In this document: positions 40,601 to 53,822 of the stretch, piece after piece | Numbering within the stretch: the first letter of the stretch is position 1 | How the letters are laid out: each line of letters opens with the position of its first letter | DNA from: Bugula neritina | Lineage: Eukaryota > Animalia > Bryozoa | Reading direction: 5' to 3' | DNA: 64,000 nt | NCBI GenBank assembly: GCA_964035545.1 | Contig: OZ037766.1 | Span: 5,632,722-5,696,721 of the forward strand | Program-made: the position numbers and the translations under genes | Notes under the pieces: generated by a model | The model's input: the letters and a program-made list of their open reading frames with translations, nothing else | Database searches by the model: none | Told to the model about the DNA's origin: nothing

Positions 40601-43600
40601 AATACCTTGGCAGCCGAAAGTAGTCTTGTTATAGAAGTCTGCCATGCAGCTATCACATCTAAGCCCAGCAACACCTGCTTTACAGAAACACTGACCACTA
40701 TAAGGATCACACAGCTGGGGTGTGTAAGCTCCTTCTTCATCACAGTCACATTCTGAAATGATAGGGATGTGTGAGCAAAGCATAGTAAGCTACAAAGTCT
40801 TTAGAGTGTAGCATTCATGACACTACTAGGCAAGTGGTGCTCATGAGCTATTGGTAAAATTGTACAGCTTTAAACTGTACCAAGTGTCATTTTTCAGCTA
40901 ATTCAACTTATTACACCACTCATTCATAGCTAACCTTAGATACCATCAGCAAGAGAACAGAAATTCTAAATTAATTCAAAACTTGCACAAAATTTATTAT
41001 AAAACAAAGTTGCTTGAGCATATAGCACTCAATGTTTAGGGAGTAGCTAAGATACAAATGAATATTTTAATACTACATAAAGGAAGTGTGTCGGAGAGTT
41101 TTTAAAGAAAGTAAAATTTTTTGACGAAAATAGTGAAAGTATACAAGCACCATAATAAGTGTAATCGAGGTAATGCATATCATGTTAAAATATTGTGTTT
41201 CTACTCAATACTAGTACCAATGCATCTATTCAGTAACCATTTTAAAAATGAATTGAATAATTTTATTTGCATCTTAAAACTCTGCTATCGTAAGTTTAAG
41301 AAAACATTTACAACAGAGTTGGAATGCTTGGCAAGTATACCAGTCATACAACTAGGAATAATCACAAGCCTAAAAGTATACTATTAATAACAGATGCATA
41401 CTTAGTGCAGCACCATACACTCCAGCCATAATAGAGTATTCTATGGAGGTGCACGAGTCACTTCGGAAAAATACACCATCTATAACCTGTTGGACACAAT
41501 CCTGGGCCTCCTCTTGCTCAGCATAGACTACTGGTATCTCAGGTAGAAGAACAAACGTGGCGTCACTCCGAGAATCAACTTGGTAGACAACATCAGCCAA
41601 TAAGCACACAGTTGACAAATCTAAAAAGTTCAGGAAAAACTCTGTAAACATATCAGGGTGAAGGTTTAATAGTCTGTAAAGTCTGTTTCAATCTAAATAG
41701 GTGCTTGTAAGCATAAAGCTAGAAGAAGTTAGCAGTAAAAATGCTAACTGTTAAAACATTCACAGCTTATTCATAGTGTGGACATATTACCATAGTATAC
41801 ACATGCATATAATTACAGAACACACAAAAGTTACTACATCATGCAGGCCATGCTATTGTGTTTAGACCATACTTACTACTGATTTTTTGCTGTTCTATTC
41901 CAGCACACCCATGTGTTGTATTTATAGCTTCATTTGTTGTAATAAAACTGGCAGATGAAATGTTGGAAGTTATCAAAATAGTGTAGTTCATCGTAGATGG
42001 CACTACGACCTGAAAATCCAACAAATAAATGCATTGGGAGTAAATTAAGATATATTACACGTATTATATGGATAAGATAAAATATTTAAGAATCAAAAAT
42101 TAAAAAACCACAGCTTCTTGAAAACAAATTTCTGTAACTTAAACATCACTTCAACAATATGATTGTTATGTGAAAAAAAACTTTACAAAAGAACAGAAAC
42201 CAGCTTAGAATTGTTATGCTTTGTGTTACGTTGTAAATAATATAATGTAGACTTGGTTTGTGTAGAGAGCGCTAGATGGCAACTGTAAAAGATAGGTGGT
42301 GACTAAATAAAATGACAAGTGGTACTAATTGATTAATAAACAGTGAGAATGGCCGACAGACCACAAATTGGTAATCATAGTGTTTTCATTGCTTCAAATG
42401 GATCTGTAAAATGAATTTGTGGTTGCGATTTGCATCAATTTATAGCTGCGGCTTCATTCACACAGCTGTTCTTATGTTTTATTCGAATGCAAAATCCATT
42501 TGCACAAAGCATGCCCCCCTGTACTGCGTGTAATTGTGAATTTATATTATATATCAAGAAAAAATTATGTTCCCTTCCATTTTAAAGAGCATAGAATACG
42601 AAAGAGGGACAAAGCTGATGTAGCATCATAATACAAGTACTCACACTGACACCCTTAGCACTGCTGACTCTCAATGAATCTAGCTTAGGAACATAATAGC
42701 CACTGGTAGGGGTATCACACTGTCGCCCCTCTATGTTGTCCAGACACACGCACTGACCATGAGGACTTGAGCCACACTCTAAGCTTAAAGATGCTCCAGG
42801 GATGCAGTCACAGTCACTGCAACCTTGAGCGCTCTCAGCAGAGAAGTTGAATGTTTGAGGCTAAAAACAACGAAATGTATTATATGAAAAATTTGTTGAA
42901 AGTCAAGACTAGAACAACTGTATAAATTTGGTAAAATTAAGCGAGCCAATCTATACCTAGGCACAATAAACTATGTTGCAATAAAAATACACAATAAAAA
43001 GAAATTCAATGAAATTTGGAGATACTCATGTAGATGAAATTATAAGCCAAATTAAAACAATTTATAGTTGTAAATTTATAAATTGGCCATGCTATATAAA
43101 TTTATGTTATTTAGTATTATTATAAGAAATTAATTATTTGAATACACATATACATATATTAAAATACAGCTTATACCTTGCAAGTTGAGCACAATTTTCC
43201 CACAACATTTTCTCTACAAATACATCTACCAGTTACTGGGTCACAGACACTAGCCTCTGTTCCAGCTTTGTCACACCCGTCACATTCTAAATAGTGGTAA
43301 AGAAGTACTAAAAGATAAATTTGGCAACACTTTTTTGTAAATAGGAGTTTTTTTCAACAAACGATACAATACAATATACATGTACACAGACAATATGCTG
43401 AAGTATATTTTGAAAACTGGTAGTTCAGTTTCCAACTAGCCACTCAAAACTACCTGCAATAATAAATCAATTTGTACCTGTGTTTGTTTAGCCAAATAAT
43501 ACAAATCCCATTTAAATGTTATAACTACTTATTATATAAACTTAAACTTAGTATTTGCAAAACTGTTTGCAATTTTATCGACTGTAGGGCATTCTTGTGA

Positions 43601-46600
43601 GCTAGTTATGCATTTTGATTTGCAAGAGACAATGTTTATTTAAACTCAACATAAATACTAAAATTAGTTCAGATGAAGATGAATACAAACCTTGGCAGCC
43701 AGTCTCACTGTTGGCTGTTAAATTCCAGTATCCATGACGACAAGTATCACACCTCTGACCAGCTGCATTCTCTTTACAAGGGCATTGCCCACTGATGCTA
43801 TTACACACTGTGATATTAGCGCTGACAACTCCTAGCCCTGTGCACTCGCATTCTATACGGAGAAATACAGATATACTGATAGTGACATCAAGTCAAGTAT
43901 TTCAATGATAAAACTAACACAACAAATAAACATGTAGAAACTTGCATCTGTACAGAACAAAAAAGCAAATCGGAACAGATATACAATTGTTTGATAAAAA
44001 CTGTGATTCTTATTTTTCAATTGTTAAATAAATTAGAACTACATGTAAAATGCAAATTACATTATTCATACCAATTCAAAACCAAGTCTAACACAATAGA
44101 TATAACAATAGCACAAGTAACATTGTAAATATCAGTTATTCTATCCCAACACTAACCTGCGCAACTGATGCCATCCTCTTCTACAGCGTAATACCCGTCT
44201 ACGCAATGCTGACACCTGTCACCATAGGAATTACCATAACAGTCAACACAGATGAAGTCATCAGTCAGCTTGTCATAGGCACATGAGTCAGTGTTACCAT
44301 TACACTCGCATTCTAAAAATAACACAGATGTGAATAAAATTTAATTGCATCATTACCTATTTGCCAACAGCCCAGTATTTACCAATTGAATAGTAAAGTG
44401 AGAAACCTGATCAGTACAGACAATAAATTTGGCAGCAATTTCAGGGAGATGCCTAAAAGCAAAAGACCAAAGCAGAAATTAAAGTCAAAATTTAACTGTT
44501 ATGTTTAATGGTCCAGAAAACTTGTTTAAAGCAAATAAATACGAGAGTAACTGGACAGAGTGCTTTTAAGTATGTCTCAAGTTCAAGTGTTATGACATCT
44601 TAGAACACACTTCACCAGATACTTGGAAAACTTGATAAGTTTATGTGTTAGCAGTTGATACAATAGTTCAAACACTTCAAACTCAAAACTAAACACAATT
44701 GGCTACAAAAACTCTAAAATGTTTGGTATATGTAGAAAATGAAAAACTTGAACAACAAAACAATTTCTCATACACAAAACTCACTCCTTACCAAGACAAG
44801 AGGCATTAACGAGGTCAGTTGACATCTGCCAGGGTTGTTTGTTGTATAGTGGAAGGCACTCTTCACAATGACTGCCCTGTGTGTTGTGCTCACAGCTGCA
44901 CTCTGCCCCGTTCTATGTCAACACACAACTTATTAAACAGATTCAGGAAATACAATGGGCTACCATTATATTAGAAAATTGTGCTAACGAAAAAATGAAG
45001 TCTATACTGATTGAAGTTTAATATAATATAATGTAACATAATAATATAATATAACACAATATAAAGTAATGTAATATAATAAAATATTATGTAATATAAT
45101 ATAAATAAAACAATAAATATGCTAACTAGGCATGACCTTGTGGTCTAGTAAATCACGTGATAGCGACTGTGTTGCAGAAGTTGAAGACTGTGACAGCAAT
45201 ATTACTTCTTGTACTGATCAAGCATACTTGTATAATTTTATTGCACTAAAAATATCTGTAAAATAGATGTTAACTATCACACACACCAGACCCATACAGC
45301 TGTCCGCATGTCCATAGCAGAGACAAGAGCCTTCTATTTGGAGACTAGACACAGCGTAGTAGCTGGCTAGCTCAGTCTCATCGGATGGACGCACTAGTCG
45401 GATTCTAATGGCGGATGCAGAGAAATACTCCTGCACTGTCTGATTCCTTATTATGGAGGAGCGAAAGTCAGCAAATGGACTGTACAGCACCTGAAGAACA
45501 ATTATTACCTCTACCACTCAAACAACTAAGGTGTTATAAAGTAAAGAAGTTGATATTTATAAAAATAAGTTAAAATTACTACTGGATTTATGGTGAAACA
45601 AGTTCTACTGGATAAAAATATTATACTATCAGAAGTAAACGCCTGTATTACATAATCATTTGGCAGTAGTGAGGAAACAACACACACTGTCAGCCTTTTA
45701 GTATAGTGCATCCAGATATGAGTGAATACAAGGTCTACTGACAAGGAGATATTTCCACAGCAGAGAAATATTTTCTAGCAGAGAATCACTAACATTGTAC
45801 AGACTGCGTGAGTTGTTGTGTTGAGATTGCATTGCTTGTAGTGAGGACAGTATGCTTACAAATTGATAAGGCTTGTCCATCGTTCTTGTAGTTGTATCTC
45901 CTGAATAGTACAATTCTTTACAAACTGCAGAGGTGGGTGAGAAGAATGGCCCGTTAATTGGCTGATAAACAGCTTCAGGAAATGACTCCACACAGTTGGA
46001 AGAGTAATATTGCCATGGTTGAAATTCCTGAGCAATGTTCGACCACCTGTAATTATTCACAGATATAAAACATTGACTTCAGCGAAAATAGCTTATGCAA
46101 TACCAGAACAATTACTGTTTAGAGTCATCATAGGATATATCATTATATTTGCATAACTTATAAAATATTTGGTAGGCAGCAGCTGGACGTGGTGTTAGAA
46201 AGAGCATCCAGTCATAATTGCTCCTGTGCCACATATGAACAAATCCTTAGCCTGCTTTGAAAAACTCTTTTCATCAAAATTTCTTACAAGTATAGCGATT
46301 ATAAACTCACTTAAGCAAGTGAGGTCTTTATAAAATATTTAGTAATGTGGCGACTATTCTTAGAGCCAAAAATACGTTTACTTGCCTCTCAATAACAAGA
46401 GCTTTGGGCCTGACATCGGAGAGCTCATTGTAACTAACATGTGGACTAGTAAACACAATCAATATACTTCTGATTGAAAACACATCAGTAAGGTTTACCA
46501 CTATCCACTGAAATGTCAAAAGATATTCAAGTTAAACAGAAGTGATATCTAATATGTGGTGAATTCTAAAGATGCATTGAATGGTGATTAACACAAAAGT

Positions 46601-47522
46601 TGCAATATTAAAGTTGTGCCAACAGTCAGTAAATAACTACTCAAAATTTAAATCTTCATTTTTAAATTTTAGTGATATTCTAGGACAACTTCCATATATA
46701 TCATTTACTCTGAAAAAAATTGGGGCAAAATATCAGATGAAGCTAATTTGCAAAATACCTTCAATATAAATCCTATATCAAAATTTTAAACTTCTAAATT
46801 TTAGTCTTACAACATTTTAAAGCTTTTTGTTATGCTCCAACAATAAAAATTGCCAAGTGTTATGAATTGATAGTGCAAAAAATACACAACTTACATTCAC
46901 AAGAACCTATAAAATAGCATAAAAATAGTATTATTATATTAATTTTGATAATCACACAATCTATCTGTAATATTGGTGAAAATAATTTCACAAGCAGCAA
47001 AAACATACAACACTGTTAATTTTACCTGCTCAGAAACATTGCCTAGACTAGACACAGAGTTTGCTGACTGCCAGTATGTTGAGAAGCTAGGGTCATCATC
47101 ATATAGGTTCTCGACAGACACATTAGTAGCTACACAACTGAATGTGGAAGGGTCACCTAGAGCACAAAGACACTACACTACCATGAAATGCAGGGCCATA
47201 GCAGAAAGTGACAAGGAAAGTCTCACTTAAAAATTCTTTTACAAGCCTGCGACACTTGTTTTAAAAAAAGTTACAATTTTGAAATAGTTGGACTATAAAG
47301 CAAGATGGCTACTGACTGCTTACCTGTATCAGGAAACTTAATGTATTGAGATGAGTTGGAGCATACCGAACTCACAGTTATAGTGCGATAGACATTGTCA
47401 TCTAAGTTGCTTAGAAAGTTTTCTGGCTCTGGTAGACAGTACCCAGTATTACAGTCATAGCATACAGCTTGCCATGAGGTAACGAACAGAAAGAATAGTC
47501 TTACACCTGCTAATTTCTCCAT
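28681..47522 (-). CDS. Laminin chain, beta/gamma-hybrid type (signal peptide-LN-LE-LF-LE-L4-LE-coiled coil, no LG domains)
   Basis: About 33 exons. Signal peptide MEKLAGVRLFFLFVTSWQAVC (47522). LN motifs TYWQS, RPKALVIER, WQYYSSNC, QEYFSASAIRIRL and YYAVSSLQIEGSCLCYGHA (47156-45286). Many 8-Cys LE repeats, a beta-type LF domain (42009-41402), a gamma-type L4 domain (39149-37425) and heptad exons (34600-28681). Ends ..DPVSSGSCNP* (TAG at 28683-28681). Confidence 0.93.
28835..29085. repeat. Degenerate 25-30 bp tandem repeat (aatctatagaattatagata-like) abutting the last laminin acceptor
   Basis: Recurrent ctatagaattatagat / ctctatagatttatagat. Confidence 0.75.
29330..29570. repeat. 29-bp minisatellite, about 8 copies
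   Basis: Unit TGATGTACCCACCAATGAGCTGAGTGTAA; explains ORFs 29255-29694. Confidence 0.95.
30248..30726. repeat. 14-bp minisatellite (AACATCAAGTATAT)n, about 34 copies
   Basis: Directly visible; begins a few bases inside a laminin splice donor. Confidence 0.97.
31402..31552. mobile_element. MITE, Mutator-like
   Basis: TIRs GAATCATTCTATAAGCAGCTC...GAGCTGCTTATAGAATGATTC (21 bp perfect, about 50 bp imperfect), flanked by the 9-bp near-duplication ACTCAGCAC/ACCCAGCAC. Confidence 0.8.
38040..38400 (+). mobile_element. Decayed non-LTR retrotransposon AP-endonuclease fragment (RTE-like), antisense in a laminin intron
   Basis: Broken frames give KYGNDIAAWSEVRF, LNDRIVSMRVPL..AISTY, FYHQL and IILIVDFNAK, matching the APE motifs DIAALSEVR, ISAYAP and GDFNA. 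Confidence 0.8.
46183..46330 (+). mobile_element. Headless SINE fragment related to 23309-23472
   Basis: GGTGTTAGAAAGAGCATCCAGTCATAATTGCTCC and the tail ATAGCGATTATAAACT match the 23.3-kb element. Confidence 0.65.
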
Positions 47523-48499
47523 AAAATTGCATGACTAAAAAAAAGATATGTATTGGTAGAAAGAAAACTTATAGTTCGCTTGAGCAAAAAATTTATTTGA
47601 AGAAACAAATTGCGCCAGTCTATTAAGATTCTTGTTTATATTTTATTGAAAATTTTACCCATGGTTAATGTGACCAACCAATTGTATAGCTACTAAGATG
47701 TGCAACAATGTCTTACTAAACATAAAATTATAAAATTCTTAATCAATTACAACAAAAAAATAGTATTTAAGAAGAAGAATATGAAGTAAAGACAACTATC
47801 AGCTCAATCTAAGCAAAACCTGCATTTCATCACAGAACAGACTACACTAGTAGTAGTATAACTTGTTTTAAAACTTTTCATTTAACTTCATGTTTATTTT
47901 TAACTGCAAGTAAGAGCTTTCATCAAAATAAAGTTTCTACATGTAATTGTTGGTTAAATTATGTTCTGTTAATGTGAAGTAACCAAATTGATTGAACAAC
48001 TTATGAGATTATACCATCCTAAGGCATAGCTTAATCAGATCAGTGAGTTATAGACTCCGAGTATTTGAAAACTGTTGACTCAAATCAACTTGTTTTTATT
48101 TATTTGTTTGACTTAATTTTAACATTGACTCAACTTCACAATTTTGAATGGCTTCCTGTAGAGTTCTTAAAATTTTAATTTAGTCAAGTCAAAATTTAGA
48201 ACTTAATTTTCAACATTTATAGCAATTGACTAAGTTGTTGGATTTTAATGATTTCATAGCACCTTTATGATAATAATTTAACTTAAATTAAATAATCAAT
48301 TATAGTTTTGATGTTATTATGGTGATTTAATGGCTAATGTAATATTATATGAAGTTAATGATGTTTGACTGCTTCCAAACTTTTATTCTATTAGTGTTGT
48401 GGTAGCTATTTTAATATCATCTATTGTAATTGATTGAAGATTAATATAAATTTGAAATAGTTTATAAAACTTGAGCTATTAATTTGCCCTTTCATTTAG

Positions 48500-49040
48500 A
48501 GTTCAATAGAGTTGGAGTAGTAAAATATCTTGGAATATTGTTATCAGCAGATTTGAAATGGAATGAGCATATTGAAAATGTAATCTCAAAGGCATACAGA
48601 GGGTTAGGACTAATTAAGTTTACACTAGGAAATGCCCCAGAAAATGTTAAAATTCTGGCATATAAAACTCTGTGTAGACCTCTCCTGGAATATGCTGTAG
48701 AGGTATGGGACCCGTGCAATAAGAATCTGATAACAAAATTTGAAAGTACTTAAAATAGGGCTGTACGGTTCATTAAAAATTTTAAGGACAGAGACTTTTC
48801 ACCAACAGATGCTAAATTTGAGATAGGCCTAGAAACCTCAAGAAAGCGTAGACACTCAGAAAATTTCTTTGTTGTGCCATATTACTGCTAACGAGGATTC
48901 ATTTCCAACCCTTAATAACACCCTTCAATCTACGAAATCCTCCACCCATAACATGAATACCCATATTAACACCTTCAATACTATAGCCTGCAATTCCAGC
49001 CTGTACCTACAGGGTTTTCTGTTGCTCCGTACGGGGGAGA
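48500..49040 (+). mobile_element. 5'-truncated LINE (CR1/L2-group-like), reverse-transcriptase C-terminal remnant
   Basis: VKYLGILLSADLKWNEHIENVISKAYRGLGLIK..LAYKTLCRPLLEYAVEVWDP..*NRAVRFI, the typical post-YADD thumb region, with stops and frameshifts. Confidence 0.9.
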
Positions 49041-49369
49041 TAGTGGCAAATTTCTGAGGCTAGATAGATCCTACTAAACAAATTTATACAAATATAAATA
49101 TTAAAAATCAAATGAGCCTTATTATAATAACAATTATTGAATTATATCAATATTACAATAACTTCTGCGCCTGATGTGTTTCAAATACTTGCAGGTCAGT
49201 TTCTTTTTCAAACTTATCAAGTCACAGCTCAAGTCACTAAAATACTTGAAAAAGTTGTGCTTTGTTCATGACTAAGACTAAGCCCAACTCTAAAATTTGG
49301 TAAGATCAATTAACTTAATTTGGCAATGTGACTGTTGGGTTATATAATGTCATTATGTATCTGTTACTC

Positions 49370-50400
49370 ACCAGCTAGTCAAGTACTAAGTGATCAGCAC
49401 CTTGGGATTATCTACATTCTAGACTGGTTATAGCTATACTTTATAGCTATATTTCTATACAAGTATATTATTGCTAAACTTTACAGCTTCTATCAGTGTT
49501 TAAATCATATAGACGCAATACAGTAGACCATAACATTAACTTTATTCATAAACAATATGAATATGCCACTAAAAAAATATCTTTCACCAATTCTAGTTTC
49601 AAGTTTATTATTTTGAATGTAATTGTACCTTTTAGATGTGATAGCTGAGCAGTAACTAATAAAGCATAAGCCTAAGCATACTAATACTCATAACTTGTAA
49701 GTCATAATTATAATGATATTGATATTTATAATTATTACTGATAGTGATACTGATAGTCATACTCATACAGTATGAGTCATAGTCATAGTGATACTGATAA
49801 TCATAATCACTTAAAGTTAACGTTAATGATCATGACTATAATTCAATCATAATCTAAATCATATCATACAGTTAGTGTTACAGTCCATCATCATCATAAT
49901 GATAATCACTGTGATTATGATTATCAATATGATAATGATAATCATTAAATGATTGAATTTGATCATAATCACTAAACACTAAACAGTAAATGATGACTTG
50001 GATTGTGATTATTGATTAATATTATTATTATCAATGACAATAGCAATATGAATATGAATATGAATATCATTTTGATAAGAAGTACTAGTAGATGCGATCT
50101 CATAGAAACTATCAATGATAGAACTCCTACTAGACCCAGTTCAAGTTGGCTAGTGCAAGTTGAAGTTGAAGCAAGCGCAAGTGTAAAATGTAAACTAAAA
50201 CTGTAAGTTGAAACGCTGAAAGAGAAACTTATCGGTTTCCAATAACGCGCTCAGGTAAAGTACTCGTTGTCATATTTCCGGTGCGTTCCGGTATAGCGGG
50301 ATTACATACCACCCGTTTTAATAGTACAAATAATTTTTACCTCACTGCAATTATTACAAGGACAGACTGAGTGCAGTAGTTTGCGGTTCTCAAGTTTTAT
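49370..50400. promoter_or_regulatory. Probable shared promoter region of the head-to-head laminin and SLC2A13 copy 1 genes
   Basis: Both start codons follow splice acceptors, implying non-coding first exons. Candidate donors lie near 49370 (-) and at 50255 (+). A CpG-containing core at 50210-50320 carries tandem TTCCGG (ETS-like) sites. Confidence 0.45.
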
Positions 50401-53400
50401 TTTAATAATTATTATATATTAATATACGTATAATAATAATATTGTTATGTTTAACATTTTGTTATAGCTTAAGTTATACACTTACAGTTAGTGTTATACT
50501 TATACTTCAACTTGTAGTTATAATTATTGTGATTCTAATAGTAATAATAATTTTCCACCTTAAAATTAAATGTTTATAATAATTATAATAATTATATACT
50601 CATGTTAGTGTTACACTTCTGACTTAGTCTTACATTTACAGTTACTGGGCAGTATGAGTATCTCCTCTGCAAAAAAGCAAAAAAACAAACAAAATACTGT
50701 GAGTTGTTCAATTTGACATTAATCCTCCCTATGACTCTCTCTATTCTCTATGATTAATGACTGTTAGTGTTACTCTGTTAGTGGTAGTGTTACGTCGGAT
50801 ATTCATAGCCAATCATAATCAAACTGACTCTGAGTAGTGATCGTGATGGCTATGGTGATACTGAAAGTGACACTCTTAATATTAATAAAAAATTTAATGA
50901 CTTTTTTTAATAATGATAGTTAATCATGATTTGCACCAATCGAAATACATGGTAAATTTCAGGCTTATTTATATCATTGTGATCACCATATTTATCATTG
51001 AATTAATGATGGATGATTTGCCATCACCATAAATCACCATAAATTTTAATTTTGAGCACTAAAGCCAGTTGATAAAATACTTTTATTAATATTTCTGAGC
51101 CTTCTAATATTAGATGTGTGTGTTTATACAAAAAATCCATTCTGAAAAGTACCAGTTTTATTACTGCTCGTCAATTATCATAATTACTATGTTACATATC
51201 TATAGAATGGCTGGTGTTCTAGCTGCAGGGCTTTGTATCAGTGAGGAGCCTCCTCTTCTGGATTCAGAATCTACAGAATTAGAGCTGAAACCTCATGAAG
51301 CTGTCAGTGTACCATAATGTACTCTTTTTGTGTTATTATAAACATGCTATTTTATTTATGATCAATAATTTATGTAAGTGACAAATATTAGGGCTATTTA
51401 ATATACTAATAGGTCAAATGGGTCAACTGAAAAAAGTGTAAAACTTTAACTGGAAGTGGAGTAGTAAATGAGATCAACTTGTGCTAGCCCATCTACTGGT
51501 TACTCATATCCTTAATATAAAACAACTCTTTGTAACGGTTAATATGTAAAAACCAATTTTCCAATGTTGGTTTATTAATTGAAGGTTGAGAGTAAGAATG
51601 GTAATGATAGCTCATCTACGAACCCTTCACAGCCTCAACCTACTACTGTTTATATGGTGGTACTGGCAATGCTGTCTGCCACCGGAGGCTTTCTCTTTGG
51701 GTATGATACCGGGGTAGTGTCTGGGGCGACAATTGCCATTGCTGCCAGCTTTGAACTGAGCACCTTGGATAAAGAGCTATTTGTCAGCATTACTGGTAAA
51801 TTCAGCTGTTGTTATAAGCAGGAAATTTTACTTGACAGTTTTATGCCCTGTTTGAAAACATATTACATATATAAAGTATACTGTATTTCAAGAATTTATT
51901 AAAGCTAGCATTAAAGTACTTCTTCTTATGATGCATTTTCTGTTATAATTTACCATGTAATATGTAGTTAAAAGTGTTTATTAAAGGCACTAGGACAGCT
52001 TATTTAAACTGATTACTAAATTTTTCTTTTAAGCCTTACAAATAATTTATCTAGCAACTGTTGTATTTTTAGCAGCCTAGGCAAAGTTATTTTGCTATCC
52101 ATTAGAATTTCCGCATTGAATTTAGGTTTGTTGTCTGAAAAAAACACGGTTGTTGAAAATATACACCATATGCTGATATTTTAATTGTATTGATTTTACA
52201 CTGATTTAGTTTATATTTACATGCAGCATGGCTTCTAAAGATAGGAAGTAGTTATGCACACAATAGTTTACCAGTTTTTGTTTATTTACCTGTTTTTATT
52301 AATAATTTTTATTTGATGGTTTTAGTTGGTGCTGCTGCTGTCTTTGCTATAATTGGTGGGATTCTCAATGACAAAATTGGTAGAAAACCCACCACTTTAA
52401 TTGCTAGTGTGGTGTTTGCTGTCGGTGCTATTGTTTTGGCAGCAGCCAATAGCAAAGCGACGCTCCTGATTGGCCGGTTCATCCTTGGAATTGGAATAGG
52501 TGAGCAGCTCATTCAATAAGCTATATTCCTGTTTATTCTAATATATTTAGACTCTATTTTTACCAAAGTATATGTTTGCGTATAGGCAAGCTTCTCTACA
52601 TGTAACTGCTTATTATAAATTATGACAGGATTTGCCAGTGTCACGGTTCCCATATACATAGCTGAGACTTCTCCCTCCGCCATACGAGGCCGGCTAGTGT
52701 CACTCAATCAGGCCTTTATAGCTGGAGGAATGTTTGTCTCATTACTAGTTGCTGGAAGTTTTTGCTCGGTAGCTTCTGGTTGGAGGTATGTTTTAATATA
52801 TAAATGTGTTAGAGGCGCAATAGCTTACGGAAGTCCCAATTCAAATAAATACCATTTTTACAATTTCTGGTCTTCTGTCCCAATGTGAAGTTAACATTAT
52901 TGAACGCAACATATTTTTAATAAAGTTTGTTTATGCAGCTGCTATGCCTTGCTTATCTTGCTATGGTTATAATGCTTGGAAAGCAAATTTCTCATTGTGT
53001 TGGTCTTTTTTTATACTTCTACTACTAAAATACCTTACTAACTGATGTTATATGAAAATAATATCCTGAAAAACAAAGTATCCAAGCTATTTATGTTTTT
53101 CAAAATGTTTTGTAAACATATAGTTTCAGCTATTGAATAAGGAGATTGATTTTTAGTTTTGAGATATTAAGGCAGTGTTTGCTGGAGTATTTTGTTAGCA
53201 CAACTTTGAAAGTAAAGCACAAAGCTTTAATATTTTATACATGTTTGTGTAATATTACCAGTTTGTTTCTCCTACAGGGGTGATGATGTATAGCAGTCTT
53301 ATTTAAGCTGGCGTTGGGGAACACACATGTATGGCTCGCTTGTGTGTGACTTTATTGTAAATTGCAAACAACTTTATTATTTTAGTTTTAGAATTGTACT

Positions 53401-53737
53401 AACAGCTATTTACTAACACTAAATGCAGTAATTTATTTAACGTGCTAACATTTTTAATGCTCTCTAACCTAAGTGCATCACCTAAATTTTCACTTTTTCT
53501 TGAATCTTTCACTTGATTTATCTTTTTGGCTTTGTTTAAGTTGGTGTGGTAATTAAGTTTTCCTCTTCTCTACTGATTAATTAAGGTGTGTTTAGACAGA
53601 TTTTTCTAGCATTTTGATTTCAATTCCTTGCGTTCAGCTACTATACCTAAAGTTATCAATTTATATTTTGCTTCACAGTTTCAAGAATGAGCAATTTTTT
53701 CTGTTTAATTGTGGGAATAAGATATACTTGTGTTATT

Positions 53738-53822
53738 CCTTCTTTGCCATTAGTATAACTACTATTTAGTTCATATCTAGTGTCACATGTGGGTTGTTCT
53801 GTTATATTGCAGGTGGATGGGG
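53738..53822 (+). pseudogene. Dead remnant of alternative exon 4B in SLC2A13 copy 1
   Basis: FFAISITTI*FISSVTCGLFCYIAGGWG|GTAAT aligns to the 3' half of copy-2 exon 62570-62726. The 5' half and acceptor are missing; CAG>TAG at 53767. Confidence 0.9.

Noticed and set aside
42268-42285. CTCF-like motif GCGCTAGATGGCAAC
   Set aside because: A single short match with no supporting evidence.
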